The position numbers and the translations under genes were made by a program. Shown here piece by piece: positions 58,368 to 64,000 of a stretch of DNA of 64,000 bases (the first letter of the stretch is position 1; each line of letters opens with the position of its first letter). The DNA is from Gemmatimonadales bacterium (lineage in GTDB: Bacteria > Gemmatimonadota > Gemmatimonadetes > Gemmatimonadales > GWC2-71-9), in the NCBI GenBank assembly GCA_035280265.1, contig DATEGE010000031.1:3995-67994 (forward strand), given 5' to 3'. The notes below the pieces were generated by a model. That model made no database searches. It was not told the origin of the DNA and saw only the letters and a program-made list of their open reading frames with translations.

Positions 58368-58919
58368 GTGGAGTCCAGGGACACGCTCACGGACGCTGAA
58401 GTCATCCGAGCCGTGCTCGCGGGAGACGTGGAGCGCTATGCGGTGCTGGTCGAGCGGTACCGTGATCGCTACGCGCGCTATGCGACGCGAATGTTGGGAT
58501 CGCGCGACGCGGCCGAAGACGCGGTACAGGACGCGCTGGTGCGGGCGTTCGACCGGCTGGCGGATTGCCGGGACCCCGACAAGTTCGCCGGGTGGCTGTT
58601 CCTGATTCTCCGGAACCGCTGCTTCGCGGACCAGCGACGACGCCAGCGCGAGGGGCGCATGCCGGAGGAGGCCGGCGCCAACGTCGCGACGCCGGAGCGG
58701 TCTGAGGACGCGGTCGAACAGCGGGAGAGGAGTCAGGCGCTGGAGCGGGCCGTGGGGCAGCTGACGTCGGAGCAGCGTGAGGCGTTCGTGTTGAAGCACG
58801 TGGCGGGACTGCCGTACGAGGAGATCTCGCAGCTCACCGGAGCGACGGTCGCCTCGCTGAAGATGCGGATGCACCGCGCGTATGATCGATTGCGAGAACT
58901 CATGAAGGAGCATCTCTGA
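58368..58919 (+). CDS. ECF RNA polymerase sigma factor
   Basis: AEDAVQDALVRAF (region 2), QREAFVLKHVAGLPYEEI..VASLKMRMHRA (region 4); GTG start estimated. Confidence 0.92.
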   Translation: MESRDTLTDAEVIRAVLAGDVERYAVLVERYRDRYARYATRMLGSRDAAEDAVQDALVRAFDRLADCRDPDKFAGWLFLILRNRCFADQRRRQREGRMPEEAGANVATPERSEDAVEQRERSQALERAVGQLTSEQREAFVLKHVAGLPYEEISQLTGATVASLKMRMHRAYDRLRELMKEHL

Positions 58920-59542
58920 TGGCGACGTATCATCCGTTGGTCAAACGCCTGCTGGACGGCGAACTCTCGCTGGCCGACCTGCCGGCCAAGCTCCGAGCCG
59001 AGGGCGAGGAGGCGTTGCGCCTGGTCGCGGCCGTCGATCGCGCGCCGGTCGCGCTCTCGCCCGCCCTCGACACACGCGTGATGGAGACCGTGCGTCGGCA
59101 CGCCAAGTCCCTGGCGCGCCGGGCCTGGCGCTGGCTCGCCGCCCCCCGGGAGGTGGCGGTCCGGGTGCGCGTGCGTCCCTGGGCCGTGTGGGGCGGGGCG
59201 CTGGCTGCCGCTGCAGCGATCGCCCTGCTCCTGGCTCGCCCCTCCTCGCCTGCGCCAAGCGTCGTGTACGTGCGGTTTGTACTGTACGCGCCCGGCGCGA
59301 AGCAAGTCGCCGTGGCCGGTACCTTCAACCAGTGGGATCAGCAGGCCACGCCACTCGTGCCGGCAGGGATGGACGGCGTGTGGTCGACCACCGTCGCGCT
59401 CCCCGTCGGTCAGCATCAGTATGCGTTCGTGGTCGATGGCCGGCGCTGGGTCGCGGACCCGGCCGCACCCGGAGTGGACGACGGGTTCGGTCGCCGCAAC
59501 AGCGTGGTAGCGGTGACACCTCAAGGAGCCCGGACGCTGTGA
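58919..59542 (+). CDS. predicted single-pass anti-sigma factor with glycogen-binding (AMPK1_CBM/CBM48-like) domain
   Basis: TGATG overlap with sigma; N-terminal cytosolic part, one TM, then VAVAGTFNQW..GVW..YAFVVDGRRWVADP..DDGFGRRNSV. Confidence 0.75.
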   Translation: MATYHPLVKRLLDGELSLADLPAKLRAEGEEALRLVAAVDRAPVALSPALDTRVMETVRRHAKSLARRAWRWLAAPREVAVRVRVRPWAVWGGALAAAAAIALLLARPSSPAPSVVYVRFVLYAPGAKQVAVAGTFNQWDQQATPLVPAGMDGVWSTTVALPVGQHQYAFVVDGRRWVADPAAPGVDDGFGRRNSVVAVTPQGARTL

Positions 59543-60207
59543 GAGCTTTCTCGCTCGCCCTCGGGATGGTGATGGGCGCGCTGGCGTCGTTACTCCCGTG
59601 TGGGCTTGCGGCGCAGGATGTGGCGGCGCGCCTGAACGGGCGCGTTCCGGCGGCCGTCGCGCAGGCCGTGCAGGAGATCGCCACGGACGCGCGAGCCCGA
59701 GGCCTGCCGGTCGAGCCGCTGCTCCAAAAGGCGCTCGAGGGAGGGGCCAAGGGCGTTCCGGCCGACCGTGTGATCGCGGCTGTGCGGGTCTTGGCTGGAC
59801 GACTCGGTGACGCGCAAGGCGCCCTGCAGGGCGGCGGTCTTCGCTCCCCGAGCCCGGAAGCGCTGGAGACCGGAGCATATGCGCTCAACGCGGGACTCAG
59901 CTCGCGTCAGGTGCGCGAGCTGGCGAGCGTGAGCCGGGAGCCGTACGATCCCGTCCTGACGCTGCGTATCGCGGCGACCCTGACCGCGCTGGGTGTGCCA
60001 TCGGGGCAGGGCGTGGACCTGGTGGAGCACATGATTCGAGACCACCGCGGCCCCGGCGAGCTGCTCGACCTGCCGAACGAAGTGCAGCAGGGTATGGCGC
60101 GAGGCGCAACTGCCGCGGAGGCCGCCGAGGGACTCGACGGGAGAGACGAGCACCGCGGCGAGCGTCACCAGGAGGATGAGCAGCGCCGCCCCCCGCACAA
60201 GCCCTGA
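59539..60207 (+). CDS. exported helical hypothetical protein
   Basis: GTGA overlap with the anti-sigma; signal peptide ending LAA-QD; Ala/Leu-rich helical body. Confidence 0.7.
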   Translation: MRAFSLALGMVMGALASLLPCGLAAQDVAARLNGRVPAAVAQAVQEIATDARARGLPVEPLLQKALEGGAKGVPADRVIAAVRVLAGRLGDAQGALQGGGLRSPSPEALETGAYALNAGLSSRQVRELASVSREPYDPVLTLRIAATLTALGVPSGQGVDLVEHMIRDHRGPGELLDLPNEVQQGMARGATAAEAAEGLDGRDEHRGERHQEDEQRRPPHKP

Positions 60208-60228
60208 CCGCCCCGCTGTTCCGTCGTT

Positions 60229-61113
60229 CTACCCCTTCTTGACGTTCATTCTCTCCAATGCAGCGCGCAGTCCATGCGCGAGGTCCAGCGCGTCCTTGTC
60301 TCCCCAAAAGTGCATGAAGAAAAGCCGCGGAGTCTCCCCCAACATGTGACTATGGAGAGCCGTCACGTCGATGCCATTCGACCTGAGGGCTCGAATGACG
60401 GGATTCACCTCGCTTTCGATCAGGACGAAATCACCCGTCACCGCCGCCTTGCCGCCGGCCGTTGGTTGAAAGTTGATGGCCGTTGCCACGCCCATCCCCG
60501 GCGGTACGTCCATGCCGCCCACGGTGACCGGCTCGGCACGAGCAACGGCCACCTGGTAGACGCCGCCATTCATCCTCCCGTGGTACCCGAGGGTTTGAGC
60601 GATCAGCGCGGTGTCGAGGGACGTCGAGGCCGGCGCTGACGGGGCCGTCGGTGGTGCGAGCGGAGTGTTCGTGACCGCGAGGGCCGCACGCACCGACGCC
60701 GCGAGCTTGGCCGGCGCGCCGCCGCCGGCGATGTGCATGTAGAGGACGTGCGGTGACTCGTGCCGCAGGTGGTTATGCACGGCCGTCTGCTCGATCCCTG
60801 ACTCCTGGAGCTTATCGATCACGCGCTCGATCTCGCTCTCGAGCAGCACGAGATCGCCCATCAGCATCGCCTCATCGTCGCCCGTCTGTTTGAGGGCCAC
60901 CCAGGAGCCCAACGCCAACGCTGGCAGCACGACGACGCCGTTCACCGTCACATGGAGATCAGCACGCGGGAACGCCACGCGATACACGTCTCCCGGGAGC
61001 ATCGCACCCGTCCTTCCGAATGCCTGCTCGACTTGCTTCCAGTCGACCTGCGCCGCGAGTCCCGTCGGCACGAGGGTGAGGGCGATGACGACGAGCGGTT
61101 TCCACGATGCCAT
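60229..61113 (-). CDS. DUF1259 domain protein (tandem domains), exported
   Basis: YRVAFPRADL, LMGDLVLLESE, TAVHNHL, MGVATAINFQ, TALHSHM..PRLFFMHFW. Confidence 0.82.
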   Translation of the reverse strand: MASWKPLVVIALTLVPTGLAAQVDWKQVEQAFGRTGAMLPGDVYRVAFPRADLHVTVNGVVVLPALALGSWVALKQTGDDEAMLMGDLVLLESEIERVIDKLQESGIEQTAVHNHLRHESPHVLYMHIAGGGAPAKLAASVRAALAVTNTPLAPPTAPSAPASTSLDTALIAQTLGYHGRMNGGVYQVAVARAEPVTVGGMDVPPGMGVATAINFQPTAGGKAAVTGDFVLIESEVNPVIRALRSNGIDVTALHSHMLGETPRLFFMHFWGDKDALDLAHGLRAALERMNVKKG

Positions 61114-61181
61114 ACGACCTCCTGGCGAGCGGGCATTGCCTTGATGGGCGCAAAGTGCTCCCGTACACTTGTGACCGTCAA

Positions 61182-62384
61182 TTGACCGACTTGAAACGCC
61201 TCCTCCCAGCCGACGGGCGGCTGTTGTTCCTCACGCGAACCACGCGCCTGTTTGCCTACGGCGCGCTCTCCGTCGTCTTGGTCTTTTATCTCACCAGCCT
61301 CGGCCTGACCACATCGCAAACCGGCGCGTTGCTGACCCTCACGCTCGCCGGGGATACCGTGGTCTCACTTTGGCTCACCACGCGCGCCGATCGGATCGGG
61401 CGGAGGCGGACACTCGTCATCGGCGCCGTGTTGATGGGCGCCGCGGGCCTCGCGTTCGCGAGCACGCGTAATCTGACGCTCCTGATCCTGGCCGCAACGG
61501 TTGGGGTGATCAGCCCCAGCGGTAACGAAGTGGGGCCCTTCCTCTCCATCGAGCAGGCGGCATTGTCTCAAGTCGTCCCCGATTACACCCGGACCGCCGT
61601 GTTTGCCTGGTACACCCTGGCCGGCTCGTTCGCGACCGCCGTCGGTTCGCTGTGTGGCGGGGCGCTGTCACACGCGCTGGGGAGCTACCGGGTCGTCGTG
61701 TTGCTGTACGCCGGTTTGGGCGTTGTGTTGGCTGTAGTTTTCACCCGCTTGTCGTCGAACGTTGAAGTCAGGACGCGAGTGCAGCGGACGTCGTGGGGCC
61801 TCGGCCGCTCGCGGAATGTCGTGCTCAAGCTGTCCGCGCTTTTCGCCCTCGATTCGTTTGCAGGCGGCTTCATGGTGCAGAGCTTCGCCGCGTATTGGTT
61901 CTACCTCCGGTTTCGAGTCAATCCGGAGACGCTCGGCGCGATCTTCTTCGGGGCGAACCTCCTGGCGGGAGCCTCCGCGTTGCTGGCCTCCCGATTGGCC
62001 GGGCGCTTCGGACTCGTCCGCACCATGGTGTTCACGCATCTGCCCTCGAACGTCCTGCTGATTCTGGTGCCGCTGATGCCGACCCTGCCGCTCGCCGTGC
62101 TGGTCCTGTTTGCGCGCTTCAGCATCAGTCAGATGGATGTGCCCACGAGGCAGTCCTACATCATGGCGGTCGTGGGTCCGGAAGAACGCTCCGCGGCCGC
62201 CGGCGTTACAGGCGTGGCCCGCACGACTGGCGCCGCGATCGCGCCCGCGTTCGCGGGGCTGCTATTCGGTCAGCCGGCGCTGATCAACGTGCCGTTCTTC
62301 ATCGCCGGCACGCTGAAGGTGATCTACGATGTCTTGCTGTACCGAGGGTTCGTTGCAGTTCGTCCCCCGGAGGAAGCGAAGTAG
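61182..62384 (+). CDS. MFS transporter
   Basis: 12 TM; GVISPSGNEVGPFLSIEQA, SQMDVPTRQSY; start estimated. Confidence 0.85.
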   Translation: MTDLKRLLPADGRLLFLTRTTRLFAYGALSVVLVFYLTSLGLTTSQTGALLTLTLAGDTVVSLWLTTRADRIGRRRTLVIGAVLMGAAGLAFASTRNLTLLILAATVGVISPSGNEVGPFLSIEQAALSQVVPDYTRTAVFAWYTLAGSFATAVGSLCGGALSHALGSYRVVVLLYAGLGVVLAVVFTRLSSNVEVRTRVQRTSWGLGRSRNVVLKLSALFALDSFAGGFMVQSFAAYWFYLRFRVNPETLGAIFFGANLLAGASALLASRLAGRFGLVRTMVFTHLPSNVLLILVPLMPTLPLAVLVLFARFSISQMDVPTRQSYIMAVVGPEERSAAAGVTGVARTTGAAIAPAFAGLLFGQPALINVPFFIAGTLKVIYDVLLYRGFVAVRPPEEAK

Positions 62385-62390
62385 CGGCGA

Positions 62391-63023
62391 TCATTTAGCT
62401 TGCGCTCCCGGCCTCGGCGGCGCGAGCGGCGGCAAGGACCGCGCCGGTCCGATCCGACGAGCCTCGATGGTCAGGAAGTTCGTGACCCACGTCTTGCCGC
62501 CATCCGTAGACCGGTCGCCGTTCCACGAGAACCGATCCGGCTGAATGTTGTAATAGCGGATCCGCCAGCGCGAGGGATTGCCGCGCGCCACACCGAACGT
62601 CTGCTCGATGTGCATCTCCTCGCCGACGCGTCGTCCCGTCCCGAAGTCCTGCAATCCCGATCCCGCATCCGCCCCCACTAGCTCCCAGCGATCGGCCACG
62701 CCGTTGAAGTTCCGCAGCGTGGTCGTCACGTAGTAGGTCTGGCCGCTGTCGCCCACGACACGATACTCGTCCAGTATCTGCCCCTCGGCCAGACGTACCG
62801 CGCTCCAGTATCCGCGTCCCGGCCCGAATTCGTGGCTCACCGAGGTGAACTCCCAGTCGCCCAGCAGGTAATCGAACTCGCTCTTATGGGCGTCGAACGA
62901 CGCGCGGATCTGCTCCGGCGTGCGCCGACCGGAGGTTTGCGGGGAAACGGGTGCGGCGATCGCGATCATCGCTGCCAGCAACAGGGCTGCGCACGGCGGA
63001 CGCGGGCGGCGGGCGTCGGACAT
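62391..63023 (-). CDS. exported hypothetical protein (DUF1579-like beta-barrel)
   Basis: Signal peptide; FDYLLGDW, YNIQPDRFSW.G.RS.DGGKTW. Confidence 0.6.
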   Translation of the reverse strand: MSDARRPRPPCAALLLAAMIAIAAPVSPQTSGRRTPEQIRASFDAHKSEFDYLLGDWEFTSVSHEFGPGRGYWSAVRLAEGQILDEYRVVGDSGQTYYVTTTLRNFNGVADRWELVGADAGSGLQDFGTGRRVGEEMHIEQTFGVARGNPSRWRIRYYNIQPDRFSWNGDRSTDGGKTWVTNFLTIEARRIGPARSLPPLAPPRPGAQAK

Positions 63024-63172
63024 GATAGCCTCGCAGTCGGGGAGGGTCTCGAAACCTGACCTGGGAACGTGGTCCTCGTGGGTGGCGAGGTCAAGACTCT
63101 TGCGCGTCAGGGCGGCATGGGGGGATATGGGGCCGTCCGAACGCCGTCCGCAGCCCTTACAGGGGGATCGCC

Positions 63173-64000
63173 ATGGCCGTCCGCTCCGCCCGTTCTGTGC
63201 TTCTGACGCTCGCGCTCATCGCCGTGATGCGCACGGCCGCCTCCTCTCAGGGCGCCGCGCCCGCCACCCCGGGCCCCGCCGGCGCCGCGGCGGCATGGAC
63301 CCTCAAGCTGAACGGAGACATCCGCTGGCAGCAGGTGACGTCCGCCGGTGAGCTGCTCGTCTCGACCGACGCGGCGCTCGCCGGCATCGACGTGGAGAGC
63401 GGACAGATCACGTGGCAGAAGCCCGAGCTCGGGGGCCTGCCGGCCGACAGCGTGCGCGCGGTGGAGGGCTCCCTCTTGATGGAGGCGGCACGCCCGGGCC
63501 TGCTGGTGATCTTCGACCCGGTGACGGGCGCGGTGCTGTTCGATTCGCGGAAACTTGGGCTGACGCAGGTCGTCACCCGCCGCGTGCTACCGCAGACCGG
63601 CACGCTGCTGGTTCACGGCCGTCGCGCCAGCGGCCCGGCCGTGGTGGCGCTGTATGATCTCTCCACCGGCGATCAGCGCTGGGCCAACGAAACGCTGTTC
63701 GAGCAGGGCGAGCCAAAGAAGAAAGGGCTCGGAGGCCTGATGCAGGGCCTGGTCCACATGGCCTCTGAAGCCACTGCGCTGGAGGTGCTTCAGGCGGGCC
63801 CCGAGGTCATCGTGGTGAACACCCTGACGGGTCTGCGAGCATTGGACGCGCACACCGGCGCCGCCCGCTGGTCGGCGACACTCCCCACCGCTCGCGCCGG
63901 CACCTTCGCCCGGCACGTGCGCCTGTTTCCGTCGCTCGACAAGCCCGACCGGATCTATGTGGGGTTCGACGACCGGCTGATGGCGTACCGCCTCGCCGAC
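63173..64000 (+). CDS. exported PQQ-like/BamB-like beta-propeller protein, 3' partial
   Basis: Not in the ORF track because it runs off the end. MAVRSARSVLLTLALIAV signal; repeated GIDVESGQITW, FDPVTGAVLF, YDLSTGDQRW, LDAHTGAARW blades. Confidence 0.75.
   Translation, partial: MAVRSARSVLLTLALIAVMRTAASSQGAAPATPGPAGAAAAWTLKLNGDIRWQQVTSAGELLVSTDAALAGIDVESGQITWQKPELGGLPADSVRAVEGSLLMEAARPGLLVIFDPVTGAVLFDSRKLGLTQVVTRRVLPQTGTLLVHGRRASGPAVVALYDLSTGDQRWANETLFEQGEPKKKGLGGLMQGLVHMASEATALEVLQAGPEVIVVNTLTGLRALDAHTGAARWSATLPTARAGTFARHVRLFPSLDKPDRIYVGFDDRLMAYRLAD

Noticed and set aside
57734-58399. Hydrophobic 221-aa plus-strand ORF as a membrane protein
   Set aside because: It is the antisense reading of the acidic repeat gene; the minus-strand gene has the RBS, signal peptide and synonymous-site variation.
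43859-63023. Integron-like cassette array among the many small unrelated genes
   Set aside because: Mixed orientations, overlapping operonic junctions, and no attC-like repeats or integrase recognised.

Overview
GC-rich bacterial chromosomal window, about 53 CDS, with no rRNA, tRNA, CRISPR array or transposase that I could see. The SusC/SusD pair, the style of Ser/Thr kinase and the repeat types suggest Gemmatimonadota (inference). 1-20 kb: four FG-GAP/ASPIC-UnbV (CRTAC1-like) paralogues, an UnbU/RnfD-like membrane protein, a two-gene AhpD-like operon whose second gene reads through an in-frame UGA (CxxU, candidate selenoprotein with a SECIS-like hairpin), and a YdjC deacetylase-SusC-SusD operon. 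20-42 kb: sugar catabolism, comprising an uncharacterised six-hairpin glycosidase-like protein, an SSS transporter and a trehalase, then a hexuronate pathway (uxaC, uxuA, kdgK, eda, UxaB-like, ExuT-like) interleaved with a periplasmic GMC/DUF1080/Gfo-Idh-MocA/TIM-barrel/PQQ module. 42-55 kb: mixed exporters, MarR-GNAT with a palindromic operator, MsrB, c-di-GMP and kinase genes. 55-60 kb: a GH5 and a divergent locus with an ECF sigma factor, a predicted anti-sigma carrying an AMPK-beta-like glycogen-binding domain, a second glycogen-binding-domain protein and two exported unknowns. That locus is my best candidate for an undescribed system. Family names come from motif recognition only; no database searches were run, and many start codons are estimates.
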